Below, piece after piece: positions 52,400 through 64,000 of a DNA stretch of 64,000 bases. Each line of letters begins with the position of its first letter. Within the stretch, counting starts at the first letter, position 1. This DNA comes from Mytilus edulis (Eukaryota). The notes under the pieces are model-generated. The model was given only the letters and a program-made list of their open reading frames with translations. It searched no databases and had not been told where the DNA came from. The stretch covers positions 62,620,001 through 62,684,000 of the forward strand of contig NC_092347.1 in assembly GCF_963676685.1 (NCBI RefSeq). Direction: 5' to 3'. Made by a program: the position numbers and the translations under genes.

Positions 52400-53185
52400 T
52401 AGGAATATATTACCTCAGAAACTTACAAAACCTTTGAATAGACTTATTAAGAAGGGATATGATTACGATACTGTTGTCAAGTCATTAAAGATTGCATATT
52501 TTGGCGTTAATATTGAGTCACTGATAAGGTCTTTGCATCGGAACTAAACACATTTATTCTAAAAACAGTTGTTGGCATGACACGGGTTATGTTCTTCTCA
52601 TATATGTTATGATGGTATGATACTAAACCCCTAACGGGAAGGATTGTGCCTGATGTTCATATGATGAAATCATAATCTTTCAGTCAGTTTAATTGAAGTC
52701 TGGAGCTGGCATGTCAGTTAACTGCTAGTAGTTTGTTGTTATTTATGTATTATTGTCATTTTGTTTATTTTCTTTGGTTACATCTTCTGACATCAGACTC
52801 GGACTTCTCTTGAACTGAATTTTAATGTGCGTATTGTTATGCGTTTACTTTTCTACATTGGTTAGAGGTATAGGGGGAGGGTTGAGATCTCACAAACATG
52901 TTTAACCCCGCCGCATTTTTGCGCCTGTCCCAAGTCAGGAGCCTCTGGCCTTTGTTAGTCTTGTATTATTTTAATTTTAGTTTCTTGTGTACAATTTGGA
53001 AATTAGTATGGCGTTCATTATCACTGGACTAGTATATATTTGTTTAGGGGCCAGCTGAAGGACGCCTCCGGGTGCGAGAATTTCTCGCTACATTGAAGAC
53101 CTGTTGGTGACCCTCTGCTGTTGTTTTTTATTTGGTCGGGTTGTTGTCTCTTTGACACATTCCCCATTTCCATTCTCAATTTTAT
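52400..53185 (+). mobile_element. Young 5'-truncated Penelope-like element 3' portion: ORF C-terminus (..PQKLTKPLNRLIKKGYDYDTVVKSLKIAYFGVNIESLIRSLHRN*) plus 640-nt 3' UTR with twister and four-way motif
   Basis: ORF end at 52547 conserved in the copy at 437-1205. Near-identical tail at 41120-41274. PLE assignment is inference from the shared 3' terminal motif and the 5'-truncation pattern. Confidence 0.75.
52861..52949 (+). ncRNA. Twister ribozyme, type-P5 permutation, intact core; predicted cleavage U52903^A52904
   Basis: P5 gttagaggt/gcctctggc; P2 GGGG(52873-76)/CCCC(52906-09); G-A-GGG (52877-81); U^AA; P3 gca-tttt-tgc; P4 CCTG-TCCCAAGT-CAGG-A. Matches the twister consensus (compare rice UAACACUGCC..GCCGGUCCCAAGCCCGGA..AGUGGAGGG). 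Confidence 0.85.
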
Positions 53186-54409
53186 TTTGTTTTTTTTTAT
53201 ATATGAGCTCTTACCAAAAATATTTTGACCGCTACTTAAATAAAGTAAAAAACTTTGTGTGGCAAAACAATTTTTGGTATAAAGCTGATAAGTAACAAAA
53301 CATGAAAATGAAATTATTTTGAAAGCTTTTGATATTCATCATAAAAAGTTGAAACCATGATATCAATACGTAAGACAAAGTTCAAAAAAAAAAATAATGA
53401 TATTCAATGGAATAATATATTATGGATATCGTGAAGATTTTATGTGTTAGGTTTATCATATTTAAATAGGTTTCGGATCAAATTATCGCAACATTGATAA
53501 CAATTTTAAAAAATCGAATACATTTTGGGCTGACGCCAACCACGATCTTCATTATATGAAATACACAACTGAGCGTGTATGGTCAGTTTTCCATTTATTT
53601 TTTTAGATATATGGTATAGCTAGCTTTACACTTCTTGGATGCTTTTATAAAAGATAGTCGAGTTGTATCTTAATTTGAAGTCAGAATCTTTCGAAAATAA
53701 TTTGAAACAAAAATAATGCTATCAGCTGTATAGATTATATGTCCTTCCAATTAGGGAACGAAAACATCATAAAGATCACTGAATGAGCAAAAACGCTGTT
53801 CTTTTGCTTTTGGTGTGTTTTCTTGCTGAGCATGGACTGATTTCTTTACACCATGTCCTTTGGTTTTCTATGATATGTACGAATTATTAAATTCATGTTA
53901 TCACAACTGGATCACATTTTAACCGCTACTAGTGGACTGTTACTCCTCGATAGTATCATCATCGCTTAAGGTTTTTTTAACTTGGAGTTGGATTTGTAGC
54001 GTGCTAGATCTCAATGTTACAGTCTGTAGTTATAGCGTACCAATGAAGAACGAAACAGAATATGTGTCCAAAGGGGAACAATCCCTACTCGCATTACCAC
54101 ATTTCCATGTTCTTTCAACTATCATTTGGATAATACTCTATGTTTAGCATACATAGTAAAACGTTAACATCATAATGAAAATGAGAATTGAAAAGGGAAA
54201 GAATTCGACCAAAGAGAAGAAAACAAACAGTCCTAGTTCACCAATTGGTCTTCAACACTGTTAAAAATCAAAATGCACACATGTACGTAGTTTATGTTGA
54301 TGTTATCAGAAATTAAAAGTTTCCATCATGAATCACTTTTTAACCGCTGCTGGCGGACTGATATTCCCCGATTGATCATCATCGCTGAAATCGAGGACCT
54401 GAACCGAAA

Positions 54410-54812
54410 GAATTTATACATTTCCATTTCTATGTAGCAATATTAAACCAGCTGCTTGCATTTCTTATCAGATTTCCTTAACAGAAGATTGCTGCTTTGA
54501 AGTCTTTTTGAAATTTACACCATTTTACAGACGCCATCAAGAGTTAGTTTACCGTTATGAAATATCTGTTTCAACTATGAGAGGCGAAAGATACTGGAGA
54601 GACATTTAAACACGCAAGTCAAAAATAGTCTACAATGCCTCGACAAAAACAGAAAAGACAAACAACCGTGTACAAACACATTATAGAAACAGTAGACGAA
54701 GCAAAACGAACCCAACCAGGTCTAATTCGGTAGGTCATATTCCAGGAAAAGGAGGGCGGAATTGCAGTGAGGACTATTGACACATATCCGTCGTAATCTA
54801 TGAAAGATATGT
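54410..54812. mobile_element. Highly decayed Naiad RT C-terminal fragment (+) joined to an inverted 3' UTR (-)
   Basis: tttccatttctatgtagcaatatt...ttttacagacgccatcaagagttagtttaccgttatgaaata, then the reverse complement of the UTR (gaggcgaaagatac..., ctaattcggtaggtcatattc). Confidence 0.65.
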
Positions 54813-54819
54813 AGGACTG

Positions 54820-54915
54820 AGAGGTGCGATGGGGAAGCTGAAGTGCGATGATCACGCTGGAGCGCGATGGTCTACGCCGAAGTGCGATGGTCCTTTTGCT
54901 AAAATGCGATGGTTT
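54820..54915. repeat. ~19-21 bp tandem repeat x5 (GAAGTGCGATGG core), possibly transposon subterminal repeats
   Basis: Five GCGATG-containing units after taggactgagagg. Confidence 0.6.
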
Positions 54916-55534
54916 TGTGTGACGTTTTCAAATACAGCGTTATTACAAAATCTCAAAATGCAGGCAGGAGCAAAAGATGATTTGTAGCTGAAAGTTTCAT
55001 GCGTACAAAGAAACGGAAATAGAATGAAACGAACGATTCAAGTCCCGAACGGTTTTGAACATTGGGTGTTGAGATTACCAAACTATGTTGATCAATGGGA
55101 ACAAGGTGGCTAAAGGATAAGGTGATCTTGGTCTCCATATGAGGTAACCAGTGTTCAAAAGTACAAAATGTATGCGGAAAAAGTTTTGTACGACAAGTGA
55201 AATGTCTTGAACTTTTTATTAATTTTGACTTTTTTAATGTATCCTTCACATAATTTTGTGTTGACAACTTAATAATAAGATAAAATTAATTATAAGCCTA
55301 CTTTTTCATTATATCTAGTTGCGATTATTTTGTTTTATTCAGCGGCTTGAGATGAATCCTGCTTTGTAAGAAAAAAAACAATCTCAGTATTTTTAATGTG
55401 CTTACAGTTATAATCTTTTGCAACGGGATAGGCACAAACTAAACCCGATTGGTCCCAACTTCGTCATGAGTGGAGAAGCAGCTAATTACCCGCTATGAGT
55501 CAAACATAAAACTGTTATGATATCAGATAAATGG

Positions 55535-55748
55535 ATTTAATTTTAGTTTGTTGTGTATAATTCGGAGTTTAGTATGACGTCCATTACCACTGAACTAGTA
55601 TACATATTTTAGGGGCCAGCCGAAGGACACCTACGGGTGCGGGAATTCTCGCTACATTGAAGACCCATTGGTGGCCTTCGTCTGTTGTCTGCTCTATGGT
55701 CGGGTTGTTGTCGCTTTGACACATTCCCCATTTCCTTTCTCAATATTA
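55535..55748 (+). mobile_element. 3'-terminal fragment of a sister subfamily of the 52400-53185 element
   Basis: ggggccagccgaaggacacctacgggtgcgggaattctcgctacattgaagaccc...ttgacacattccccatttcc. Confidence 0.85.
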
Positions 55749-57339
55749 TGACTGGGTGTTGTGAGCAATTTCTTGGATACAATATGACAAAAACAAATTA
55801 CTAGTATATATAATATAATAAGTTGGATCCAGCTTAGTGAACCCAGGTATAGATAATGGTGTTTTTTCTCTGCTTCAGTGTTATAACCGTCATTCTATTT
55901 CGTGTAAAGTCTAGGTACTTTTATTCTTACATTAAAAAAAGTCTTCATTGACCAGGAATACTCCTTTATTGTAGTGGTCAAACCGATATTGAAAACTGTA
56001 AGTGCATACACAAAAAAAGATACAATACAGATAACTTTGTAATTCAGACGCGAGTTCCGTCTATAAAAGACTCGCAATTAAGGATGAATCAACAATTGTT
56101 ATAGGCTAAATAAAGTACGAAGTATTACGTTCATTTCATTCAAAGGTGTCAGGCTATCAACGCACCTAATAAAAAATCTAACACTAAAGAACAAGGAGAA
56201 AAACCTAAAAACGCAACTCGGCGTGTTAATATCATAAAAGTGATAATGACTGAGTGCCCATTGGTACTATAAACTATTTATGGCCCCTAGTTCTGATCTG
56301 GAATTGGCATACTATTATGATTCATTCGGCCAGTTCTGAGATATTATGAATAAACTAGTGATCAACCGAAAATTGAAATCTGCCAACGGACGTTTAACAA
56401 ACGGGCATTGCACTTTACACATGTAATATCGTCTATAATTAGATTGCTATTCGACAAAACAATTACTTTTGATAAATATTGAGACAGAAACAGTGTGGCG
56501 GAAAATACCAAACTGATATTAATACCTAAAAGTCGAAAACAATCGGACAATGTGATAGCAAAATACCCCAACAACAAAAAAACAGTTAAAAATACACTCA
56601 AAGAGGAACAGATAGGGGTAACATTCAAGCAGCTTCCTTGATACGGCTTTGGTTAATAAGAATTCGAAAATCGGAGATAGGGGTTACTTGGGCCTTATTC
56701 GATATTTGTTAACATAAGACTCATCAGTAATGCTCGAATCAAAAGGGTATAAAGGTCAAAATAAGTATGGTGAGGACTCAAAATTCCTAAACAGTTTTCT
56801 AAATACATCAAAGATCAAATATTCTTGGGGAAGAAAAGGAGTGCCAATCACAGTTAATCAAAAACTTTCGATTGGTATCTCAGAAATGCAGGTGGGTTTT
56901 CTTAATCTTATATTCATCCCATTTATTTTCATATCTGAACAAATTTATATTAATTTGTTATAAGTTTTTGAAAGAAACTAAAGATTACAAACACGAAATA
57001 TCGAAAGAGTAATGGCAATTACAAAAAGGATACTGTTTTCATCGCCAAAACCACGACGAAATAAACCACTTAGTTTTATTTTGAATTTGCTCAGTATGAA
57101 AGATTTGTTTCTAGAATGGGTATTTTGATTTAAAGTCAGAATCTTTAAAAAAAAATACTTAGTTTTCAAGAAAGTGATCTTCTTTAGCTAAACATGCCTA
57201 TATGATAAATCTTTAAATCAGTGATTGAAAACGCTTAATTAATTAAACTGTTATCACAGAGATATGTTTCGCTTTTTTGTAATTTTGATAATGCAAATGT
57301 TAAAATTAATATATAGCAACACTTTAACATGTAACTTTT

Positions 57340-58160
57340 CGAAATATTCAAAGTCAATGAACCATGACTGAAGGTACATGACTAAACAATCTCCATGGAA
57401 ATGAGATGTGTCAATGCTAATAGAACTGCATACAAAATACCATTGACTCATTATAAGTGGTTCCCTTTAAACAAACCTAAACCCAAACTAATACATGTAA
57501 ACTTTCAAAGTCAATAAACCATAACTGAGTGGCGGGGTCATATAATCTCCATGGTAATGAGATGTGCCAATGCTAAATCAACTGCTTACCAAAATAATTG
57601 ACCTACCACTAGTGGTTCCCTATAAACCGACCTAATCACAAACTTAATGCATGAAAACTAAGCAAAAATTAAGTCAACAGACCATGACTGAGGAGGTGGG
57701 ACCAAATAATCTCCATGAAAATGAGATATGCCAATGCTTATACAGCTGCATACCAATTATCATAAACTTGCCACCAGTGGTTCTCCATAAAATGACCTAA
57801 TCACAAATTATACATGAAATTAGGCAAAAGTTCCAATGTCAATAGACCGTAACTAAGGAGGCGGGGCCAAATAATGTCCATCGTAATGAGATGTGCAAAT
57901 AATAATACAACAGCATACCAAATATGTTTGATTTACCACTAATAGTTCACCATAAATTAGACTTTATGGTTTACTTTTATAAATTGTTATTTGGGTGGAG
58001 AGGTTTACCTCATTGTCACTCATACCACATCTTCCTATATCTACTAACCACAAACCAATACATTGTTGACGCAGGCGCTGCCGTGGCCGTAATCGTCGCC
58101 GACACCGAAAAAACATACCTATGTCTTGCTTTTTGACTCCGTCAAGCGAGACAAAAATCA
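57340..58160 (-). mobile_element. HINE/DINE-like (Helentron-associated) non-autonomous element with a ~160-bp satellite core (~3.6 copies)
   Basis: Core units begin at 57351, 57508, 57671 and 57836. Terminal dyad tgtcttgc...gcgagaca-AAAA at ~58122-58157, next to a decayed GC-rich microsatellite. Nested SINE-like tail at ~57960-58045. Confidence 0.65.
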
Positions 58161-58912
58161 GTTGAGAGAATCATTGAATCGAAAAGGTATTAGTTTAATT
58201 CTACTTCTATGGCATTGCCTGTACCTTTATTTCATTTCGGCCATTTTGGAAATGTTTGTTGATTTATATTAAATGTAAGAAGTTTGAAGCCATGATGTCA
58301 ATAAATCAGACAACATTAAAAAAGATCAATACTCATGTCTGACTGATGTCCACGGGATTATCTTTTGTATCTTATCATAATCAAGAAGCAAACAAAAATT
58401 AATCCTTTATTCAATGTTTCAGATTGAAGTCGTTTGGCCAATTCCTCAAGAATTCTACGTTTTGTCATCAAAATTTTGTCAAACTGATATGTTGCATTCC
58501 ACAAATAATCATTACCGTAAATGTGTGTTGCAATCTTTATTCATAATGAAACGATTAGTACTTCCTTTTTAGCCACAGCAATCCGAATTATATTCAGTAA
58601 CTTGGGGAAACTCAGATAAATTTCAAGTTATCTGATTTTGTTTTATATGATATAATTTGTGGTAATAACATCCAGGTATGGATTATGGTATCGTATAGGT
58701 TAGCCAAAAACTAACCAAAATTACTAAAAGAGCAAAGAACTTTTATATGTAAGCCAAAGCCACAAATAGATACGAGTACGTTTCAAGTTTGTCCCTAACT
58801 AAAAATTTAAAACTTTTATGTAAATTTCATTAGTGAGTGTGAGGAAATCGCATATTTAATACAATAAAAATAATACAATGAAAAGACTTCTTATATATAT
58901 ATACATGTATAC

Positions 58913-59067
58913 AGTAAATAGGTGAAATTAGGAAATACATGTAATTACTAAAATTTAGGAATTACATGTAATTCCCGATGCACTTAGTAAATACAAGTAA
59001 TTCCTAAAACTGCCCAGTTATTACCAGTAATTACTAATTTTTAAATGATTTTTTACACCTATTTACT
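58913..59067. mobile_element. Palindromic MITE-like element
   Basis: Terminal inverted repeat AGTAAATAGGTG/CACCTATTTACT with internal palindromic subrepeats (GGAATTACATGTAATTCC). Confidence 0.6.
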
Positions 59068-59789
59068 AACTGTTAAAACAATGTTGTAATATGGTCAGCT
59101 GATCAAAAGTTATGGTAATACCTACTAGAAGATCAGTGAATACTCTTCGAAAGTGATCAACCTAAAATGTTCTTTTTTGTTATTGGTGCATAAGCTACGA
59201 AATATATAGCAAATTAAATATGATTTTTGTGTTGTTAAGTCATTAATTATAATGAAATTAGAATTCACTTTTAGCTAGCAATCTCACTGGTTCTATTTTG
59301 TTAAATATGCTGAGAAACATGGTTGATGAGTTGTGCACTTGCAAGTTAATAATTGGACCTCTTTGAATGTAAATTAATGTTAACTTGGAAAAAACTAAGA
59401 TCAGCTTTAACAGGTCGGGACCACTACCTTATATGGAAATGCAAAAATTAGCATACTTATGTTCTCGCACATGTAATTGTTTATTTACATGTGACGCAAT
59501 TTATTTTTACCTAGGTTTTTGACCAATCCACTAAATGAGTCACAATGCATGATTGACTACTACGTGTTTACAATCAACCAAGAACACGTGTTATTTACTG
59601 AAATACAACACATTTTTTCCTGCAATGCGGGATTCACAATTTCGCTTAGTTTTTCATTTTGTGTATCCTCATTTATAGTTCGTGATATAAAGTATTACTT
59701 CCATGCTCAGATTAACGAAGAGTTGTTTCTATGCGAAGAAAAAAGGGTTTGTAACTTGGATTAAAGAGTTGTCTCATTGGCATTCATAC

Positions 59790-62700
59790 AAAATCTTCTT
59801 ATATCTACTTGATAAAAAAATCTTTCAATCCGAGAACACCGATATACAAAATTTTTAAAAGATAAAAAAGGTGAAAGGACCGTTTCATCGACAAAGTACT
59901 TATTTGCCTCTGCTTTTGTTGTAAGACCCTTCCTATTCGATAATTTAAAGTCCAGCAACGGTAAAAGTTTATCTTACGACCAAAATGTCTTCATTGACAA
60001 GGAACACCCATTTATCTAACTGGTCAAATGCTATTAAAAACTGTACAAGCTTACAAAAAACTAATATTAGATACAATCATTATCATTGAGTACGCCACAA
60101 GTGCGTTCCATCTGAGAAAGACTCACCAATGAAGCTGAATCGAAACTGTTAGAGGTCAAATGAAGTTCGAAATATAAATTCAATTTCAACCAGAGGTGTC
60201 ATATAATAAACGCGCATAACAAACAATTTAGCACTGAAAAAATGCATGTGAAAAAATTAACGATAGACACAGCTTCTTCCGAGCTGGGAATTGTATACAA
60301 ATAGAATAAATAATGTCCCAGTTCTCAGATATTATAACTATAACAGAAAACTAAAACAAACGGGTGTTCAACGGATACATCTATTGGTGAGAATACTTAC
60401 TTTGAATGATTACATTAAACATGTTGGTAACGAAATAAAAAATTAAAGCACAAAACAAAATAAATATCAAAGCGCGATAGCGCTGGAAAATAAACACTTG
60501 TCGTAAACTAAGAAATGTAAATGCTTAAAAATGTCCCGTAATTTAAAAGTAGTGCAAGATCATTTCCGCTATCACGAGTCACGAATCAATTTCATACCAA
60601 ATACCATCAGAAATACAATTATCAGTGTTTACTTATATAAAATATAAAATACAATGATCTATTGACACCTGATAATTAAAAGATACATGAAATGTAAATG
60701 CGATTTCTTCCATCATTCATTATCATGTTAAAATTCCCAGTATTTCTTTATTGACTCGGACTGGCGTAGCTAGAACAGTTCCTGTGGAAATCCATGTCTG
60801 TGTCACAAATTTTTTTAAAGTTAAATAGTTGCATTCCCTTTTAATAACTATATAATCAGCACATCCTTTTTCGTCACAAAAATTCTGTGGAACAATATAT
60901 AGTAATATGGTGAAAATCTGATGACTTTTAAGTTGTCTGCTATTGTTCAATATAATATAATTTGTGGTTATTACATTATTCCTCAGGAACCCCGATTCAG
61001 ATGCCTCTGTTGTCCAATTACTGGTGCCTATTATTTACCAACATTGCTCAAAGGAGCCACGAGGTATGACATCATGCTTTGAGCCGGAGAGTTTATCAAG
61101 ATGGACCCTAGAGTATCATGTCCAATAATGTTCATTGGTAAATTCTCATTTCTTCATAAGAGAAACAAACGATATGTTTTAAAAATTATTCAAAAACATT
61201 TTCTGTGTCTTAAAGGTAAGAAAAAAATCACAAAAAGATACTAAAACGTTGCTAGTTTGTCAATATTTGTAAACTGAAAAAATTATATAAATTGCAATGC
61301 TTATATCTATGTTCAAGATGTGCGTTTTGTCTGATGTCGAGTCATCAATGACGCTGAATCGAAGCTTTTATCTTAAGACTAAAATGTCTTCATTTGAAAA
61401 ATGTACAAGCTTACAAAACCTCATCAAAGATACAAGGGTTATAGTTATGTACGCCAGGACCTTGTTTTGTCTAAATAAAATAAGACTCAAAAGTGAAGCT
61501 GAATCGAACTTAAGAAAATGTCAAACAAAATACGAAGTATAACTTAAATTTCAATCAGATATGTCATGCAATAAACGCATCCAACAAACAATTTAACACA
61601 AAAAGAATGCAGGTGAAAATATTTAACAATCAACTTAGCTTCCTCTGAACTAAGAATGGTATACTAATATTATATATAATGTCCCAATTCTCAGATATAG
61701 TAAATAGCTTTACGACACTACAGAGATTTCGTCACATTAACCATGTCGATACACGAATTGACAGTTCATTGGCAAAATAATAAACAAACAAATATAAAAG
61801 CATGATAGCCCTTGAAAAAAGTTTGTCATATACTAAGAAATATACATGCGTGAAAATGTTCCTTCATTTAAAACAAGTACAAGATTAGTTCTGTTATCAC
61901 AATTCATGAATTAATGCCATACCAAATATCACCAGTAATACAAATATCAGTCTGTACCTGTATAAAATATAAATATAATGATCTACTGGCACCTGCTGAT
62001 CAAAAGAAACATGAACTCGTAAATCCGATTTCTTCCATTGTTTATAATAATATTAAAATTCCAAGTATTTCTTCATTGACTAAGACTGGAATAGCTAGGA
62101 CAATTCCTGTGGAATTCCACTTACGCGTCATCAAATTCTTTTCAATTTAATATGTTCCATTCCACAAATAATTAATACCATAAATATGTGTTTCAATCCC
62201 TTTTAATAACTATATAACAATGTATAATCAGTACATCCTTTTCGCCACAGAAATTCCCAGAATAATAATGAGTAATATGGGGAAACTCTGATTCAATTTG
62301 TCTGTTGTTGTTTAAAATGACATAATTTGTGGTAATAACATTAGCTCTACCAGTTCATTATGACCCCATGTTGGATACCTCTGAAGCTTGTTGTCCTATC
62401 CGTAGTGCCTAAACAACATTATTCAAAGGAGACCTGGTGCATTTATATTAAGACTTGAGCTGGACAGTAAATCAAAATTGAGCCTAAAGAATACTTAGTA
62501 TGGCAACAAGTTTTCTTCTCTAGCAAAAACATGATAATAAATCTTTCAATCCGAGAACACTGAAGTACAAAATTTCAAAAAGTTAAAACAGGCGAAAGAA
62601 CCGATGAATCCAAAAGAAACTAGTTTGCCTCCTTCGTAATGTAAAGTCCAGAAACAGTAAAACTTTGTCTTAATACTACCATAATGCCTTCATTGGTCAT

Positions 62701-63375
62701 TTTTTGACGGTATATACTAGTAAGTCAGATAATGCATATTTGAAGGTTTTTCTTGTCGCAGAACACACCTTTGGGTGTCAGGATCGCCTAACGAAATACC
62801 TCCATGACACCCTTCGGTGTGTTCTACGACAAGAAAACCCTTAAAATATGCATTATCTATAACATGTTGCAAGTTGCTCACTTACTGTAAACTTAAAATT
62901 TAGACATGAGTTTGATATATTTCGAAAGTTGTATTTCAATTTAAGTCGGAAACTATAGAAGATACTTAGTATGCTAATACATGTCCTTCTTTAGCTGAAA
63001 CATGCTCCGTGTTGATTACCATGCATGCTTTGACCAATAATGGTTTACTTTTATTAATTGTAACTTTGATGGGGAATTGTCTTATTGGTAACCACATCTT
63101 TTGATATTTACCAATTAATTAATATTTCAATCTGAGAACACTTAGGAACTAAAATTCATACGTGTAAACAAGTTTACGAACCGATGTATCGACAAAGTTC
63201 TTGTTTGCCTCTGCTTCTGTTGGGTGATCCGTCTTTCTATTTCATGTAAAGTCAAGCAACGGTAAAGTTTATCTTACGACTAAAATGTCTTCATTGCATT
63301 AGTCAGGAACAACCATGTTTGGTAGTGGTCAAATAGCTATTGAAAACTGTACAAGCTTATAAAAAACTAATTAAA
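59790..63375. repeat. Old local tandem duplication (two ~1.3-kb diverged units plus partial copies)
   Basis: 60030-61130 aligns to 61395-62500; 59820-60065 aligns to 62540-62700 and 63125-63370. Confidence 0.8.
62727..62858. mobile_element. 132-bp fold-back MITE, ~54-bp arms
   Basis: AGATAATGCATATTT.AAGG.TTTTCTTGTCG.AGAACACACC...GGGTGTCA and its reverse complement. Confidence 0.8.
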
Positions 63376-63381
63376 GTTAAT

Positions 63382-64000
63382 ACCGGCGTCACACGTCAGC
63401 GTATAGCACTGGCGTACACCGGGCGTAGTCAAAAACCATGTACGCTGTCAATACGCTTGTAATTTTGGAAGCATTAAATCATATTTGTATCGAATGCACA
63501 ACGAGCTTTTAGCGTGTTTAGGGCGTACGGGAAGCGTACATAAGCGTTAATCGGGCGTTCAAGAAATGTATGTTGGCGTACGTCTGGCGATTATTTAACG
63601 TAGATGAAATGCACACTACGAAGGAAATGCTTCCCTTGACGCGTCCTGATCGTACCTAGGACGGTCATTCGTGCTTTCAGGGTGTCTGTAACGTGTAATT
63701 ATGTGGTGTTTGTACTACTTCTGGATACACATGGTCTTGTGTTCCTGCTTTTTTCATAATAATTCATTTCGATATGCTGCCCAAAGGAAGAAGCAGAGGT
63801 CAATCAGTTATTGGTCGTGGTCTGGGTCGTGGGATGACGAGTACGTCGGGAACAGTAAAGATACTGCGAGAAGAGAATACTTGGGATCAGATTCAAGAAG
63901 TCAGTCTATCAAGTAAAAGCTTTCTAATGCATTGTTAATATTGGTGCATGTTCACGTGAATTCGGTCGACATTTTGTAGAGTCATGGCTAGAAGATATGC
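63382..64000 (+). mobile_element. Possible left end of a PIF/Harbinger-like DNA transposon running off the window
   Basis: Abrupt GC increase at accggcgtcacac with many GCGTA subterminal repeats; only one end visible. Confidence 0.35.

Noticed and set aside
53047-53120. HDV-like ribozyme starting at GGGGCC
   Set aside because: No complementary P1 3' strand after the putative P3 and no J4/2 C-N-A; kept as an unassigned motif.

Overview
AT-rich, repeat-dense eukaryotic intergenic/intronic DNA. The repeat families suggest a bivalve mollusc, Mytilus-like (inference). No intact host protein-coding gene could be supported. The window holds: several decayed Penelope-like elements whose ORF ends with the RT/thumb domain (Naiad-type, no C-terminal GIY-YIG); one decayed DIRS/PAT-type tyrosine-recombinase retrotransposon (about 18.5-22.4 kb, minus strand); a piggyBac-type non-autonomous element; several MITEs and a HINE-like element; minisatellites; and local tandem duplications. 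The main signal is RNA structure in the retroelement 3' regions. (i) Circularly permuted, type-P5 twister-ribozyme folds occur in at least three sequence-divergent families with compensatory changes; the best copy (52861-52949) has an intact core, and the canonical P1 is replaced by a family-specific perfect 10-nt palindrome plus a short hairpin. (ii) About 15-18 copies of a minimal type-I hammerhead element and one copy of a second hammerhead family are present. (iii) Two further covarying multi-stem motifs match no class I recognise. A 53-bp x ~17 minisatellite is built from the RT motif-B' coding region. All structures were read by eye and none was computed or tested.
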